Positions 37,865 to 49,321 of a stretch of DNA of 64,000 bases are shown here, in pieces. Location: NCBI GenBank assembly GCA_947492955.1, contig CANLOV010000013.1:2276-66275 (forward strand), written 5' to 3'. How positions within the stretch are numbered: the first letter of the stretch is position 1; the number at the start of each line of letters is the position of its first letter. Made by a program: the position numbers and the translations under genes. The notes under the pieces were generated by a model. It saw only the letters and a list, made by a program, of their open reading frames with translations. It had not been told where the DNA came from and did no database searches. This DNA is from an uncultured Cellulophaga sp. (lineage in GTDB: Bacteria; Bacteroidota; Bacteroidia; Flavobacteriales; Flavobacteriaceae).

Positions 37865-39991
37865 ATGGCTAGAGATTTAAAATACACTAGAAACATTGGA
37901 ATTGCTGCACATATTGATGCAGGAAAAACTACTACTACAGAGCGTATCCTTTATTATACGGGTGTAAGTCACAAGATTGGAGAAGTTCATGATGGTGCTG
38001 CTACTATGGACTGGATGGAGCAAGAGCAAGAAAGAGGTATTACAATTACTTCTGCTGCAACTACATGTGAGTGGAAATTCCCAACTGATAATGGTAAAGC
38101 TGTAGCAGATACAAAAGGTTACCATTTTAATATTATTGATACTCCTGGTCACGTTGATTTTACTGTAGAGGTGAATCGTTCTTTGCGTGTATTAGATGGG
38201 TTGGTATTCTTGTTTAGTGCTGTTGATGGTGTTGAGCCTCAATCGGAAACTAACTGGAGATTAGCTGATAACTACAAAGTTCCAAGAATTGGATTTGTTA
38301 ATAAAATGGACCGTCAAGGGTCTAATTTCTTAGCAGTTTGTCAGCAAGTAAAAGATATGTTAAAATCTAATGCAGTGCCAATTGTTTTAAATATTGGTGA
38401 CGAAGCAGATTTTAAAGGTGTTGTGGATTTAGTAAAGAACCGTGCTATTGTTTGGCATGATGAAACTCAAGGTTCTACTTTTGATATTATTGATATTCCT
38501 GAAGATATGAAGGAAGAAGCTCGTAAATATCGTGCGTTACTTATTGAAGAAGTTGCTGCGTATGACGAGAATCTTTTAGAGAAATTCATGGAAGATGAAG
38601 ATTCTATTACAGAAGAAGAAGTTCATGCTGCGTTAAGAGCTGCGGTAATGGATATGAGTATTATACCAATGATTTGTGGTTCTGCTTTTAAGAATAAAGG
38701 AGTTCAGTTTTTATTGGATGCGGTTTGTCGCTACTTGCCATCTCCTACAGATAAAGATGGTATAGTTGGTGTTAACCCAGATACGGAAAAGGAAGAATTA
38801 CGTAAGCCAGATGTTAAGGAGCCTTTTGCTGCATTAGCGTTTAAGATTGCTACTGATCCTTTTGTTGGTCGTTTAGCTTTCTTCCGTGCATACTCTGGTC
38901 GTTTAGATGCTGGTTCTTATATATTAAATAACAGATCTGGTAAAAAAGAACGTATTTCTCGTATTTATCAAATGCACTCAAATAAGCAAAATGCAATTGA
39001 GTATATAGAAGCTGGTGATATAGGTGCAGCTGTAGGATTTAAAGATATTAAGACTGGTGATACTATGTCTGATGAAAAGAATCCTATTGTATTAGAATCT
39101 ATGGATTTTCCTGATCCAGTAATTGGTATAGCTGTAGAGCCTAAAACTAAGGCGGATGTTGATAAATTAGGAATGTCATTGGCTAAGCTTTCGGAAGAAG
39201 ATCCAACTTTCCAAGTTAAAACAGATGAAGCTTCTGGTCAGACTATTATTTCTGGTATGGGTGAGCTTCACTTAGATATCATTGTTGATCGTTTAAAGCG
39301 TGAGTTTAAGGTTGAAGTTAATCAAGGTCAGCCACAGGTAGAATATAAAGAAGCGATTACTCAATTAGCGAATCACAGAGAGGTTTATAAAAAGCAATCT
39401 GGTGGTCGTGGTAAATTTGCAGATATTGTGTTTACTATTGAGCCTGCTGAAGAAGGTAAAGTTGGTTTAGATTTCCAATCTACAATTAAAGGAGGTAATG
39501 TTCCTAAGGAATTTGTTCCTTCTGTAGAGAAAGGTTTCAAAATGGCAATGGCTGCTGGTCCTTTAGCGGGATACGAAGTTGATGCAATGAAAGTTACTTT
39601 AACGGATGGTTCTTATCACGATGTGGATTCTGATCAGTTATCATTCGAATTAGCTGCAAAATTAGGTTTTAAAGCTGCTGCTAAAGCTGCTAAAGCTGTG
39701 ATAATGGAGCCAATTATGAAGTTGGAAGTTATTACTCCTGAGGAAAACATGGGAGATATAGTTGGGGATTTAAATAGAAGAAGAGGACAGGTGAGTGATA
39801 TGGGTGATAGAGCTGGAGCTAAAACAGTGAAAGCAACTGTGCCATTATCTGAAATGTTTGGATATGTTACTACATTAAGAACATTGTCTTCTGGTAGAGC
39901 AACATCTACTATGGAATTTTCACATTATGCAGAAACTCCTTCAAATATATCTGAAGAAGTGATTAAAGCGGCTAAAGGAGTTGAAGCTTAA
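37865..39991 (+). CDS. fusA: Elongation factor G
   Basis: 708 aa. G-domain motifs [18 protein letters not shown]. Confidence 0.98.
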   Translation: MARDLKYTRNIGIAAHIDAGKTTTTERILYYTGVSHKIGEVHDGAATMDWMEQEQERGITITSAATTCEWKFPTDNGKAVADTKGYHFNIIDTPGHVDFTVEVNRSLRVLDGLVFLFSAVDGVEPQSETNWRLADNYKVPRIGFVNKMDRQGSNFLAVCQQVKDMLKSNAVPIVLNIGDEADFKGVVDLVKNRAIVWHDETQGSTFDIIDIPEDMKEEARKYRALLIEEVAAYDENLLEKFMEDEDSITEEEVHAALRAAVMDMSIIPMICGSAFKNKGVQFLLDAVCRYLPSPTDKDGIVGVNPDTEKEELRKPDVKEPFAALAFKIATDPFVGRLAFFRAYSGRLDAGSYILNNRSGKKERISRIYQMHSNKQNAIEYIEAGDIGAAVGFKDIKTGDTMSDEKNPIVLESMDFPDPVIGIAVEPKTKADVDKLGMSLAKLSEEDPTFQVKTDEASGQTIISGMGELHLDIIVDRLKREFKVEVNQGQPQVEYKEAITQLANHREVYKKQSGGRGKFADIVFTIEPAEEGKVGLDFQSTIKGGNVPKEFVPSVEKGFKMAMAAGPLAGYEVDAMKVTLTDGSYHDVDSDQLSFELAAKLGFKAAAKAAKAVIMEPIMKLEVITPEENMGDIVGDLNRRRGQVSDMGDRAGAKTVKATVPLSEMFGYVTTLRTLSSGRATSTMEFSHYAETPSNISEEVIKAAKGVEA

Positions 39992-40002
39992 AATCTAAGA
40001 AA

Positions 40003-40308
40003 ATGAGTCAAAAAATTAGAATAAAATTAAAGTCATACGATTATAACTTGGTAGATAAGTCTGCTGAAAAAATCGTAAAAACAGTAAAGACAACAGGGGC
40101 TGTAATAACAGGACCTATTCCTTTACCAACTCACAAGAAAATATTTACAGTATTGCGTTCTCCGCACGTAAATAAAAAGTCTAGAGAGCAGTTCCAATTA
40201 AGTTCTTATAAGAGATTATTAGATATCTATAGTTCTTCTTCTAAAACAATTGATGCTTTAATGAAATTAGAGCTTCCAAGTGGAGTAGAGGTGGAAATTA
40301 AGGTTTAA
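40003..40308 (+). CDS. rpsJ: 30S ribosomal protein S10
   Basis: 101 aa, IRIKLKSYD... is typical uS10. Confidence 0.98.
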   Translation: MSQKIRIKLKSYDYNLVDKSAEKIVKTVKTTGAVITGPIPLPTHKKIFTVLRSPHVNKKSREQFQLSSYKRLLDIYSSSSKTIDALMKLELPSGVEVEIKV

Positions 40309-40319
40309 GCTTAATTTTC

Positions 40320-40419
40320 TTAATCGCAATTGTGTGATTAATTACATGTCCTGAGCGTTTCGCAAGGGAAAAACGGAAAAATACATTCAAAAGGGGTTGG
40401 ATTATTTTGACCCTTTTTT
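40320..40419 (+). promoter_or_regulatory. Structured rpsJ-rplC spacer with a terminator-like hairpin (candidate attenuator/leader)
   Basis: Hairpin TTAATC-N10-GATTAA (40320..40341), a weak CGTTT/AAACG stem, then AAAAGGG-N15-CCCTTTT followed by TT (40389..40419). Confidence 0.35.
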
Positions 40420-40465
40420 AGTGCAAATAGTTTAAGAATAAATAGTAATAATTAATAAATATAAT

Positions 40466-41083
40466 ATGTCTGGGTTAATAGGAAGAAAAATAGGCATGAC
40501 TAGTATTTTTGATGAGAATGGAAAAAATATTCCATGTACTGTCATAGAAGCTGGGCCATGTGTGGTTACCCAAGTCAGAACTGAAGAAGTTGATGGGTAT
40601 AGTGCTCTTCAACTTGGTTTCGATGACAAGGCAGAAAAACGTGCTAATAAGGCTCAATCGGGTCATTTTAAAAAGGCAGGTACTTCTCCTAAGAAAAAAG
40701 TCGTTGAATTTCAAGGTTTTGATGAGGAATACAAATTAGGAGACACTTTAGGTGTTGATTTGTTTGTGGAAGGAGAATTTGTTGATGTTGTTGGAACATC
40801 AAAAGGAAAAGGATTTCAAGGTGTTGTTAAAAGACATGGCTTTGGAGGTGTAGGTCAGGCAACGCATGGTCAACACAATAGATTAAGAGCTCCAGGTTCT
40901 ATTGGTGCAGCTTCTTACCCTGCAAGAGTATTTAAAGGGATGAAGATGGCAGGTAGAATGGGTGGTGAGAGAGTCACTGTTCAAAACCTTAGAGTTTTCA
41001 AAGTAGTTCCAGAGAAGAACCTTATAGTAGTTAAAGGTTGTGTTCCTGGTCATAAAAACGCTTATGTAACTATTCAGAAGTAA
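40466..41083 (+). CDS. rplC: 50S ribosomal protein L3
   Basis: 205 aa, [17 protein letters not shown]... is uL3. Confidence 0.98.
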   Translation: MSGLIGRKIGMTSIFDENGKNIPCTVIEAGPCVVTQVRTEEVDGYSALQLGFDDKAEKRANKAQSGHFKKAGTSPKKKVVEFQGFDEEYKLGDTLGVDLFVEGEFVDVVGTSKGKGFQGVVKRHGFGGVGQATHGQHNRLRAPGSIGAASYPARVFKGMKMAGRMGGERVTVQNLRVFKVVPEKNLIVVKGCVPGHKNAYVTIQK

Positions 41084-41712
41084 TGAAAGTAGCAGTTTTA
41101 GATATTAAAGGAAAAGAAACAGGTAGGAAAGTAGAGCTTTCAGATGATGTTTTTGCAATAGAACCAAATAACCATGCTGTGTACTTGGATGTTAAGCAAT
41201 ATTTAACACACCAAAGACAAGGAACGCACAAATCAAAAGAGCGTGCAGAAATAGCTGGTAGTACAAGAAAGATTAAAAAACAAAAAGGAACAGGTACGGC
41301 TCGTGCGGGTAGTATTAAGTCTCCTGTTTTTAGAGGTGGTGGACGTATTTTTGGCCCAAGACCTAAAGATTATAAGCTTAAATTAAACAAAAATTTGAAG
41401 CGTTTAGCTAGAAAATCTGCTTTAAGTATAAAGTCTAAAGAGCAGTCGATTTTAGTTGTTGAAGATTTTAATTTAGAAGCTCCAAAAACAAAAGATTTTA
41501 TCAATGTTTTAAAGTCTTTAGGCTTGGAAAATAAAAAATCTTTATTTGTGTTGGCTGATTCAAATAATAATGTATATTTGTCGTCACGTAATTTAAAGCG
41601 TTCCGAAGTAGTAACTAGCTCAGAATTAAGTACTTACAAAATATTAAATGCTAATAGTTTAGTGTTTTTAGAAGGTGCAGTGGGTGGAATTGAATCAAAC
41701 TTAAATAAATAA
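41083..41712 (+). CDS. rplD: 50S ribosomal protein L4
   Basis: 209 aa uL4. The start overlaps the rplC stop by 1 nt. Confidence 0.97.
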   Translation: MKVAVLDIKGKETGRKVELSDDVFAIEPNNHAVYLDVKQYLTHQRQGTHKSKERAEIAGSTRKIKKQKGTGTARAGSIKSPVFRGGGRIFGPRPKDYKLKLNKNLKRLARKSALSIKSKEQSILVVEDFNLEAPKTKDFINVLKSLGLENKKSLFVLADSNNNVYLSSRNLKRSEVVTSSELSTYKILNANSLVFLEGAVGGIESNLNK

Positions 41713-41718
41713 GATACC

Positions 41719-42009
41719 ATGAGTGTGTTAATAAAACCAATTATTACCGAAAAAATGACCGCAGATGGCGAGTTGTATAATCGTTATGGTTTCGTTGTTA
41801 ACCCTAGTGCTAATAAAATTCAAATTAAATTGGCGGTAGAGGTTACTTATGGCGTTTCGGTTGAAAAAGTTAGAACAATGAATTATGGACCAGAGCGTAA
41901 AACTCGTTTTACGAAAACTGGGGTGCAGCATGGAAAAACAAATGCGATTAAAAAAGCTATTGTTGATGTTGCGGAAGGAGAAACAATTGATTTTTATAAT
42001 AATCTATAA
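41719..42009 (+). CDS. rplW: 50S ribosomal protein L23
   Basis: 96 aa, operon position and sequence. Confidence 0.97.
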   Translation: MSVLIKPIITEKMTADGELYNRYGFVVNPSANKIQIKLAVEVTYGVSVEKVRTMNYGPERKTRFTKTGVQHGKTNAIKKAIVDVAEGETIDFYNNL

Positions 42010-42018
42010 AGACAAAAA

Positions 42019-42843
42019 ATGTCAGTTAGAAAATTAAAACCAATCACTCCAGGACAGCGATTTAGAGTAGTAAATGGGTTTGACGCCATTACTGCTGATA
42101 AGCCGGAGAAAAGCTTGCTTGCTCCGTTAAAAAAGTCTGGAGGTAGAAACAGTCAAGGAAAAATGACCATGCGTTACAAAGGTGGTGGTCATAAGAGAAG
42201 GTATCGTGTAATAGATTTTAAAAGAGATAAGCAAGGAGTTGCTGCTGAAGTAAAATCTATACAGTATGATCCAAACAGAACAGCTTTTATTGCTTTGTTG
42301 GAGTATGCTGATGCGGAAAAAAGATATGTTATTGCTCAAAATGGGTTAGTAGTTGGTCAGAAGGTTTCTTCTGGGGAAGGAGCTGCTCCTGAGATAGGGA
42401 ATGCTTTAGCTTTAAGAGATATTCCTTTGGGTACAATAATTTCTTGTATTGAGTTAAGACCAGGTCAAGGAGCTGTTATGGCTCGTAGTGCAGGTACATT
42501 TGCTCAGTTAATGGCGAAAGATGGTAAGTTTGTTACTGTTAAGTTGCCATCTGGAGAAACGAGATTAGTTCTTTCTGGTTGTATTGCAACTATAGGTGCG
42601 GTTTCTAACTCTGATCATCAATTATTGGTATCTGGTAAAGCAGGTAGAAGTAGATGGTTAGGTAGAAGACCAAGAACAAGACCGGTAGCAATGAACCCTG
42701 TTGATCACCCAATGGGTGGTGGTGAAGGTAGAGCTTCTGGTGGTCACCCGAGATCTAAAAATGGTATTCCTGCTAAAGGATTTAGAACACGTTCTAAAAC
42801 TAAGGATACTAGTAGATATATAATAGAACGTAGAAAGAAATAA
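42019..42843 (+). CDS. rplB: 50S ribosomal protein L2
   Basis: 274 aa, GGGHKRRYR and [13 protein letters not shown] motifs. Confidence 0.98.
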   Translation: MSVRKLKPITPGQRFRVVNGFDAITADKPEKSLLAPLKKSGGRNSQGKMTMRYKGGGHKRRYRVIDFKRDKQGVAAEVKSIQYDPNRTAFIALLEYADAEKRYVIAQNGLVVGQKVSSGEGAAPEIGNALALRDIPLGTIISCIELRPGQGAVMARSAGTFAQLMAKDGKFVTVKLPSGETRLVLSGCIATIGAVSNSDHQLLVSGKAGRSRWLGRRPRTRPVAMNPVDHPMGGGEGRASGGHPRSKNGIPAKGFRTRSKTKDTSRYIIERRKK

Positions 42844-42855
42844 AACTAGAAAGAA

Positions 42856-43134
42856 ATGGCACGTTCACTAAAAAAAGGACCTTACGTTCACTATAGTTTG
42901 GATAAGAAAGTTCAGCAAAATGTTGAATCAGGTAAGAAAGCAGTAATTAAGACTTGGTCTAGAGCTTCAATGATAACACCGGATTTTGTTGGTCAAACAA
43001 TTGCGGTTCATAATGGAAGACAATTTGTTCCTGTTTATGTAACAGAAAACATGGTAGGTCACAAGTTAGGAGAATTTTCACCAACAAGATCTTATAGAGG
43101 TCATGCGGGTGCAAAAAATAAAGGTAAAAAGTAA
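42856..43134 (+). CDS. rpsS: 30S ribosomal protein S19
   Basis: 92 aa, [11 protein letters not shown]... Confidence 0.98.
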   Translation: MARSLKKGPYVHYSLDKKVQQNVESGKKAVIKTWSRASMITPDFVGQTIAVHNGRQFVPVYVTENMVGHKLGEFSPTRSYRGHAGAKNKGKK

Positions 43135-43137
43135 GCT

Positions 43138-43545
43138 ATGGGAGTTCGTAAAAAACAAATGGCCGAAAGAATAAAGGCAGAGAAAAAGCAAATTGCTTTT
43201 GCAAAATTAAATAATTGCCCTACTTCACCTAGAAAAATGCGTTTAGTTGCAGATTTAGTAAGAGGTGTGCAAGTTGAAAAGGCATTAGCTGTATTGAGAT
43301 TTAGTCAGAAAGAAGCTTCTCGTAAAGTTGAAAAACTTCTTTTGTCTGCTATTGCAAACTGGCAAGCTAAAAATGAAGATGCAGATATTGAAGCAGCTGA
43401 ATTGTTTGTAAAAACAATTACTGTAGATAGTGGTAGTATGTTAAAAAGATTAAGACCTGCACCACAAGGTAGAGCACATAGAATAAGAAAGCGTTCCAAT
43501 CATGTAACATTGGTTTTGGGATCTAAAAATAACACGGAGATTTAG
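43138..43545 (+). CDS. rplV: 50S ribosomal protein L22
   Basis: 135 aa, operon position and sequence. Confidence 0.97.
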   Translation: MGVRKKQMAERIKAEKKQIAFAKLNNCPTSPRKMRLVADLVRGVQVEKALAVLRFSQKEASRKVEKLLLSAIANWQAKNEDADIEAAELFVKTITVDSGSMLKRLRPAPQGRAHRIRKRSNHVTLVLGSKNNTEI

Positions 43546-43547
43546 TT

Positions 43548-44270
43548 ATGGGACAGAAAACAAATCCAATAGGAAATCGTCTAGGTATTATCAGAGGATG
43601 GGAATCTAACTGGTACGGAGGTAATGATTATGGAGATAAGCTTGCTGAAGATGATAAGATTAGAAAATACGTGCATGCGCGTTTAGCAAAAGCAAGTGTT
43701 TCTAGAGTTATTATTGAGCGTACGCTTAAATTGATAACAGTAACTATAACAACTGCTAGGCCTGGTATTATTATCGGTAAAGGTGGTCAGGAAGTTGATA
43801 AGTTAAAAGAAGAGCTTAAAAAGATATCTGGAAAAGAAGTTCAAATAAATATTTTTGAAATTAAAAGACCAGAGTTAGATGCTAATCTTGTAGCTGCTAG
43901 TGTTGCACGTCAGATAGAAGGAAGAATTTCTTTCAGAAGAGCTATTAAAATGGCTATTGCTGCTGCAATGAGAATGAATGCTGAAGGTATTAAAATTCAA
44001 ATATCTGGAAGATTAAACGGTGCTGAGATGGCTCGTTCAGAATCTTATAAAGATGGTAGAATTCCTTTGTCTACATTTAGAGCAGATATTGATTATGCTT
44101 TACATGAAGCGCATACTACTTATGGTAGATTAGGTATAAAGGTGTGGATAATGAAAGGTGAGGTATATGGTAAGAGAGAGCTTTCTCCATTAGTAGGTAT
44201 GTCTAAAGGACAATCTAATAAAGGTGGTAAGTCTCAAGAAGGAGGAAAAAAACCACGTCGTAGAAAGTAA
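43548..44270 (+). CDS. rpsC: 30S ribosomal protein S3
   Basis: 240 aa, [13 protein letters not shown]... with a KH domain. Confidence 0.98.
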   Translation: MGQKTNPIGNRLGIIRGWESNWYGGNDYGDKLAEDDKIRKYVHARLAKASVSRVIIERTLKLITVTITTARPGIIIGKGGQEVDKLKEELKKISGKEVQINIFEIKRPELDANLVAASVARQIEGRISFRRAIKMAIAAAMRMNAEGIKIQISGRLNGAEMARSESYKDGRIPLSTFRADIDYALHEAHTTYGRLGIKVWIMKGEVYGKRELSPLVGMSKGQSNKGGKSQEGGKKPRRRK

Positions 44271-44290
44271 TTTTTTAAAGAAAGAAAAGA

Positions 44291-44710
44291 ATGTTACAGC
44301 CAAAAAGAACTAAGTTTCGTAAAGCGCAGAAAGGTCGTATGAAAGGTATCTCTGGAAGAGGTCACCAACTATCTAATGGCATGTTTGGTATAAAGTCTTT
44401 GGACTCCAATTTTATTACTTCACGTCAGATAGAAGCAGCTCGTATTGCTGCAACTAGATATATGAAAAGAGAAGGGCAGTTGTGGATTAAAATATTTCCA
44501 GATAAGCCTATTACAAAGAAACCTTTAGAAGTACGTATGGGTAAAGGTAAAGGTTCTGTTGAATATTGGGTAGCTGTTGTAAAGCCAGGAAGAATTATGT
44601 TCGAAATAGCTGGTGTTCCTTTAGTAGTTGCTAAAGAAGCATTGCGTTTAGCGGCACAAAAATTACCTGTGCAGACTAAGTTTATAATTGCTAGAGATTA
44701 TTCAGCTTAA
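44291..44710 (+). CDS. rplP: 50S ribosomal protein L16
   Basis: 139 aa, [11 protein letters not shown]... Confidence 0.98.
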   Translation: MLQPKRTKFRKAQKGRMKGISGRGHQLSNGMFGIKSLDSNFITSRQIEAARIAATRYMKREGQLWIKIFPDKPITKKPLEVRMGKGKGSVEYWVAVVKPGRIMFEIAGVPLVVAKEALRLAAQKLPVQTKFIIARDYSA

Positions 44711-44728
44711 TTTTTAATTGGAAATATT

Positions 44729-44920
44729 ATGAAACAATCAGAAATAAAGGAATTATCAGTTGAGCAGTTGAAGCAAAATTTGGCTGAACACAAAAAACAG
44801 CATGCAGATTTAAAAATCGCCCATTCTGTTACTCCATTGGAAAATCCTCTTCAAATAAGAAAAGTGAGAAGAACAGTGGCTAGATTAGCAACAGAGTTAA
44901 CAAAAAGGGAATTACAATAA
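44729..44920 (+). CDS. rpmC: 50S ribosomal protein L29
   Basis: 63 aa, operon position and sequence. Confidence 0.96.
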   Translation: MKQSEIKELSVEQLKQNLAEHKKQHADLKIAHSVTPLENPLQIRKVRRTVARLATELTKRELQ

Positions 44921-44933
44921 TCGTTTCTGCTTT

Positions 44934-45191
44934 ATGGAAAAAAGAAATTTAAGAAAAGAGAGAATAGGAGTTGTTACTAGCGACAAAATGGAGAAATCAA
45001 TTGTGGTTTCAGAAGTTAAACGTGTAAAGCACCCTATGTACGGTAAATTCGTGTTAAAAACAAAGAAATATGTTGCGCACGATGAAAAGAACGATTGCAA
45101 TATTGGTGATACTGTTAAGATAATGGAGACTCGTCCATTAAGTAAAACTAAATGTTGGAGATTGGTAGAAATCATTGATAGAGCTAAATAA
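44934..45191 (+). CDS. rpsQ: 30S ribosomal protein S17
   Basis: 85 aa, operon position and sequence. Confidence 0.97.
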   Translation: MEKRNLRKERIGVVTSDKMEKSIVVSEVKRVKHPMYGKFVLKTKKYVAHDEKNDCNIGDTVKIMETRPLSKTKCWRLVEIIDRAK

Positions 45192-45193
45192 TT

Positions 45194-45562
45194 ATGTTAC
45201 AGCAAGAATCTAGATTAAAAGTAGCGGATAATACAGGGGCAAAAGAAGTTTTGACTATTCGTGTATTGGGTGGTACTAAAAGAAGGTATGCTTCAGTAGG
45301 AGATAAAATAGTGGTAACTGTTAAAGATGCTGCGCCTAATGGAGGTATAAAGAAAGGAGCTGTTTCTACAGCAGTTGTTGTTAGAACAACTAAAGAAGTA
45401 AGAAGACCAGATGGTTCTTACATTCGTTTTGATGATAATGCATGTGTGTTATTAAATCCAACAGGTGAAATGAGAGGAACTCGTGTTTTTGGTCCTGTTG
45501 CAAGAGAACTTCGTGACAAGCAGTTCATGAAGATTGTATCATTAGCTCCTGAGGTGCTTTAA
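45194..45562 (+). CDS. rplN: 50S ribosomal protein L14
   Basis: 122 aa, [18 protein letters not shown]... Confidence 0.98.
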   Translation: MLQQESRLKVADNTGAKEVLTIRVLGGTKRRYASVGDKIVVTVKDAAPNGGIKKGAVSTAVVVRTTKEVRRPDGSYIRFDDNACVLLNPTGEMRGTRVFGPVARELRDKQFMKIVSLAPEVL

Positions 45563-45575
45563 TATATATCATAAG

Positions 45576-45890
45576 ATGATTAAGTTAAAAATAAAAGTAG
45601 GAGATACGGTTAAAGTTGTTGCTGGAGATCATAAAGGTTCTGAAGGTAAAGTTGTAACTGTTGATAAAATAAAGAATAAAGCGATTGTTGAGGGTGTGAA
45701 CTTAGTTTCTAAGCATGAGAAGCCAAGTGCAAAAAATCCACAAGGAGGAATCGTTAAAAAGGAAGCTCCTTTACATATATCAAATCTTTCATTAATAGAT
45801 CCAAAGTCTGGTGAAACAACTAGAGTTGGTTACGAAGTAAGAGATGGTAAGAAGGTAAGGTTTTCTAAAAAATCTAATGAAGTAATTTAG
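45576..45890 (+). CDS. rplX: 50S ribosomal protein L24
   Basis: 104 aa with a KOW motif ([18 protein letters not shown]). Confidence 0.97.
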   Translation: MIKLKIKVGDTVKVVAGDHKGSEGKVVTVDKIKNKAIVEGVNLVSKHEKPSAKNPQGGIVKKEAPLHISNLSLIDPKSGETTRVGYEVRDGKKVRFSKKSNEVI

Positions 45891-45892
45891 TT

Positions 45893-46444
45893 ATGGCTTA
45901 CATTCCAAGATTAAAACAAGAGTATAAAGAACGCATTATTAAGGCGTTAGAAGAAGAGTTTGGTTACAAAAATGTAATGCAGGTTCCTAAGCTTGATAAA
46001 ATAGTATTAAGTAGAGGAGTTGGTGCTGCTGTTGCTGATAAAAAATTAGTTGATCATGCATTAGATGAGTTAACTACTATTACAGGGCAAAAAGCGGTAT
46101 CTACATTATCTAAAAAGGATGTTGCTGCTTTTAAATTACGTAAAGGTATGCCAATTGGAGCTAAAGTTACTTTACGTGGAGAGCGTATGTATGAGTTCTT
46201 AGATAGATTGGTTACTGTTGCGTTGCCAAGGGTAAGAGATTTCCAAGGAATTAAAGCTACTGGCTTTGATGGAAGAGGAAACTATAACCTAGGTGTAACC
46301 GAGCAGATAATTTTTCCTGAAATGAATATTGATAAAATCAATAGAATTAACGGAATGGATATTACATTTGTAACCTCTGCGGGTACAGATAAAGAAGCAA
46401 AATCATTATTAACAGAATTAGGACTACCTTTTAAAAAGAATTAG
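45893..46444 (+). CDS. rplE: 50S ribosomal protein L5
   Basis: 183 aa, operon position and sequence. Confidence 0.98.
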   Translation: MAYIPRLKQEYKERIIKALEEEFGYKNVMQVPKLDKIVLSRGVGAAVADKKLVDHALDELTTITGQKAVSTLSKKDVAAFKLRKGMPIGAKVTLRGERMYEFLDRLVTVALPRVRDFQGIKATGFDGRGNYNLGVTEQIIFPEMNIDKINRINGMDITFVTSAGTDKEAKSLLTELGLPFKKN

Positions 46445-46445
46445 T

Positions 46446-46715
46446 ATGGCTAAAGAATCAATGAAAGCCCGCGAAGTCAAAAGAGCAAAGACTGTAGCAA
46501 AGTATGCTGAAAAAAGAAAAGCTTTAAAAGAAGCTGGAGATTATGAAGCGCTACAGAAATTACCTAAAAATGCTTCACCAATACGTATGCACAATCGTTG
46601 TAAACTAACGGGAAGACCTAAGGGGTATATGAGAACTTTTGGTATATCTAGGGTTACATTTAGAGAAATGGCTAATAATGGGTTAATTCCTGGTGTTAGA
46701 AAAGCTAGTTGGTAA
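46446..46715 (+). CDS. rpsN: 30S ribosomal protein S14 (long, zinc-independent type)
   Basis: 89 aa, ends ...[11 protein letters not shown]. No CxxC pairs. Confidence 0.97.
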   Translation: MAKESMKAREVKRAKTVAKYAEKRKALKEAGDYEALQKLPKNASPIRMHNRCKLTGRPKGYMRTFGISRVTFREMANNGLIPGVRKASW

Positions 46716-46776
46716 AAATATAATTGGCTAAAGGTTTGGATGTAATGCCAAAAACCATAGCCGCAAATTAATATAA

Positions 46777-47175
46777 ATGAATACAGATCCTGTAGCAGAT
46801 TATTTAACTCGAATTAGAAACGCAAGTAGTGCGGGGCATAGAGTGGTAGAAATACCAGCTTCTAATTTGAAAAAAGAAATGACAAAAATTTTATTTGATC
46901 AAGGGTACATCTTAAGTTATAAGTTTGAAGATGAAGCTGTTCAAGGTACTATTAAAATAGCCTTGAAATATGACAAGATGACAAAAGATCCAGTGATTAA
47001 AAAGATAACAAGAATAAGTAAACCTGGTTTACGTAAATATGTAAATTCTTCCGAATTACCTAGAGTACTTAACGGTTTAGGAGTTGCAATAGTATCTACA
47101 TCTCATGGAGTTATGACTAGCAAACAAGCTAAGTTAGAAAATGTTGGTGGAGAAGTTTTATGTTACGTTTATTAA
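46777..47175 (+). CDS. rpsH: 30S ribosomal protein S8
   Basis: 132 aa, DPVADYLTRIRNA... Confidence 0.98.
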   Translation: MNTDPVADYLTRIRNASSAGHRVVEIPASNLKKEMTKILFDQGYILSYKFEDEAVQGTIKIALKYDKMTKDPVIKKITRISKPGLRKYVNSSELPRVLNGLGVAIVSTSHGVMTSKQAKLENVGGEVLCYVY

Positions 47176-47199
47176 TAATACTTTAAAAGAATTATAATA

Positions 47200-47742
47200 A
47201 TGTCTAGAATAGGAAATAATCCAATAGCAGTTCCAGAAGGAGTTACTATAGATATAAAAGATGATGTTGTTACTGTAAAAGGTAAATTAGGTGAATTAAA
47301 ACAAAACTTTTCAGGAGTTTCTATAGAATTAGAAGACGGACAAGTTTTGGTAAAAAGACCTTCAGATTCTAAAGAGCATAAAGCAAAACATGGTCTGTAT
47401 AGATCATTAGTTTTGAATATGGTTAATGGAGTTTCAAAAGGGTGGACTAAAGAGTTAGAGTTAGTTGGAGTTGGTTATAGAGCAAGTAATCAAGGGCAGG
47501 TTTTGGATCTTGCATTAGGTTTTTCTCACAACATAGTAATGGAGTTAGCTCCAGAGGTAAAATTGGAAACAGTTTCTGAAAAAGGAAAAAATCCAATTGT
47601 AAAATTAACATCTCACGACAAACAATTGGTAGGTCAGATTGCTGCTAAAATTAGAGCTTTCCGTAAGCCAGAGCCTTACAAAGGAAAAGGTATTAAGTTT
47701 GTAGGAGAAGAATTAAGAAGAAAAGCAGGTAAATCGGCCTAA
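47200..47742 (+). CDS. rplF: 50S ribosomal protein L6
   Basis: 180 aa, MSRIGNNPI... Confidence 0.98.
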   Translation: MSRIGNNPIAVPEGVTIDIKDDVVTVKGKLGELKQNFSGVSIELEDGQVLVKRPSDSKEHKAKHGLYRSLVLNMVNGVSKGWTKELELVGVGYRASNQGQVLDLALGFSHNIVMELAPEVKLETVSEKGKNPIVKLTSHDKQLVGQIAAKIRAFRKPEPYKGKGIKFVGEELRRKAGKSA

Positions 47743-47753
47743 TAATTAGTATT

Positions 47754-48110
47754 ATGAAATTATCAAAGACTGAAAGAAGACTAAGAATTAGAAGGAGAAT
47801 TAGAAAAGTTTCCTTTGGAACATCTGCTAGACCAAGATTGTCTATATTTAGAAGTAATAAAGAAATATATGCTCAATTAATTGATGATGAAAAAGGAGTT
47901 AGTTTAGCTGCTGCATCATCTAGAGATAAAGATCTTAGTACAGCTAAAGGAACAAAATCAGAAATAGCAGCCTTAGTAGGTAAAGCTATTGCAGATAAAG
48001 CACAAAAGATAGGTGTAGAAACAGTAGCTTTTGATAGAGGTGGTTGTTTATATCACGGAAGAGTTAAATCATTAGCAGAAGGAGCTAGAGAAGCTGGACT
48101 TAAATTCTAA
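47754..48110 (+). CDS. rplR: 50S ribosomal protein L18
   Basis: 118 aa, operon position and sequence. Confidence 0.97.
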   Translation: MKLSKTERRLRIRRRIRKVSFGTSARPRLSIFRSNKEIYAQLIDDEKGVSLAAASSRDKDLSTAKGTKSEIAALVGKAIADKAQKIGVETVAFDRGGCLYHGRVKSLAEGAREAGLKF

Positions 48111-48116
48111 TAAATT

Positions 48117-48641
48117 ATGTACCAAAAATATAAAAACGTAGAGACAGTTAAACCAGGAGGTTTAGAGTTGAAAGATCGTTTGGTAGGAATCCAAAGGGTA
48201 ACAAAAGTAACAAAAGGTGGTAGAGCATTTGGTTTTTCTGCAATTGTAATTGTAGGGGATGAGAATGGTGTTGTTGGACATGGTTTAGGAAAGTCTAAGG
48301 AAGTAGCAACTGCTATTTCTAAAGCAATAGAAGACGGAAAAAAGAATTTAGTTAGAATTCCTTTAAATAAAGGTACTTTACCTCACGAACAAAAAGGTAA
48401 GTTCGGTGGAGCAAGAGTATATGTACAGCCAGCATCTCATGGTACAGGTGTTATTGCAGGTGGTGCGGTAAGAGCGGTATTAGAAGCAGTTGGGGTACAT
48501 GATGTATTATCAAAATCTCAAGGTTCTTCTAACCCTCATAATGTTGTTAAAGCTACTTTTGATGCATTATTACAATTAAGAGGAGCTAAAACTGTAGCAG
48601 ATCAGAGAGGTATCTCTTTGGAAAAAGTTTTTAAAGGATAA
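48117..48641 (+). CDS. rpsE: 30S ribosomal protein S5
   Basis: 174 aa, [16 protein letters not shown]... Confidence 0.98.
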   Translation: MYQKYKNVETVKPGGLELKDRLVGIQRVTKVTKGGRAFGFSAIVIVGDENGVVGHGLGKSKEVATAISKAIEDGKKNLVRIPLNKGTLPHEQKGKFGGARVYVQPASHGTGVIAGGAVRAVLEAVGVHDVLSKSQGSSNPHNVVKATFDALLQLRGAKTVADQRGISLEKVFKG

Positions 48642-48652
48642 ATAAGAATATT

Positions 48653-48832
48653 ATGGCGAAGATCAAAGTTAAACAGTTAAAAAGTGCCATTAAAAGACCT
48701 CAGAATCAAAAGAGGACTTTAGAAGCTCTTGGCTTAAGAAAGATTGGTCATGTAGTGGAGCATGAGACTACACCAAGTATTCTTGGTATGATAGATAAAG
48801 TTAAACACTTAGTTTCTACTGAGGAAGCTTAA
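48653..48832 (+). CDS. rpmD: 50S ribosomal protein L30
   Basis: Too short (59 aa) for the ORF track. My translation is MAKIKVKQLKSAIKRPQNQKRTLEALGLRKIGHVVEHETTPSILGMIDKVKHLVSTEEA-stop. Canonical position between rpsE and rplO. Confidence 0.93.
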   Translation: MAKIKVKQLKSAIKRPQNQKRTLEALGLRKIGHVVEHETTPSILGMIDKVKHLVSTEEA

Positions 48833-48845
48833 TATATATTTTAAG

Positions 48846-49298
48846 ATGAATTTAAGTAATTTAAAACCAGCAGAAGGCTCTGTTCACAGAGAAGGAAAAA
48901 GATTAGGTAGAGGTCAAGCTTCTGGAAAAGGTGGTACTGCTGCTAGAGGTCATAAAGGTGCTAAATCTAGATCGGGTTATTCTAAGAAAATTGGTTTTGA
49001 AGGAGGTCAAATGCCGCTTCAAAGACGTGTGCCTAAGTTTGGTTTCACAAATATCAATAGAAAAGAATACCAAGGGATTAATCTTAATAAATTACAAGAT
49101 TTAGTAGATAGCGGTGTTGTTAAAGATGCTGTTACTATAGATGTAATTATTGAAAATAGATTAGCAGGTAAAAATGAATTAGTTAAAATTTTAGGCGGTG
49201 GTGAGTTAAAAGCATCTCTTAAAGTTTCGGCACATAAATTTACAGCTACAGCTAAAGCTGCAATAGAGGCAGCAGGCGGTGAAGTAATAAGTTTATAA
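48846..49298 (+). CDS. rplO: 50S ribosomal protein L15
   Basis: 150 aa, MNLSNLKPAEGS... Confidence 0.97.
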   Translation: MNLSNLKPAEGSVHREGKRLGRGQASGKGGTAARGHKGAKSRSGYSKKIGFEGGQMPLQRRVPKFGFTNINRKEYQGINLNKLQDLVDSGVVKDAVTIDVIIENRLAGKNELVKILGGGELKASLKVSAHKFTATAKAAIEAAGGEVISL

Positions 49299-49321
49299 TA
49301 TAATATATAGGTAGCACTACT

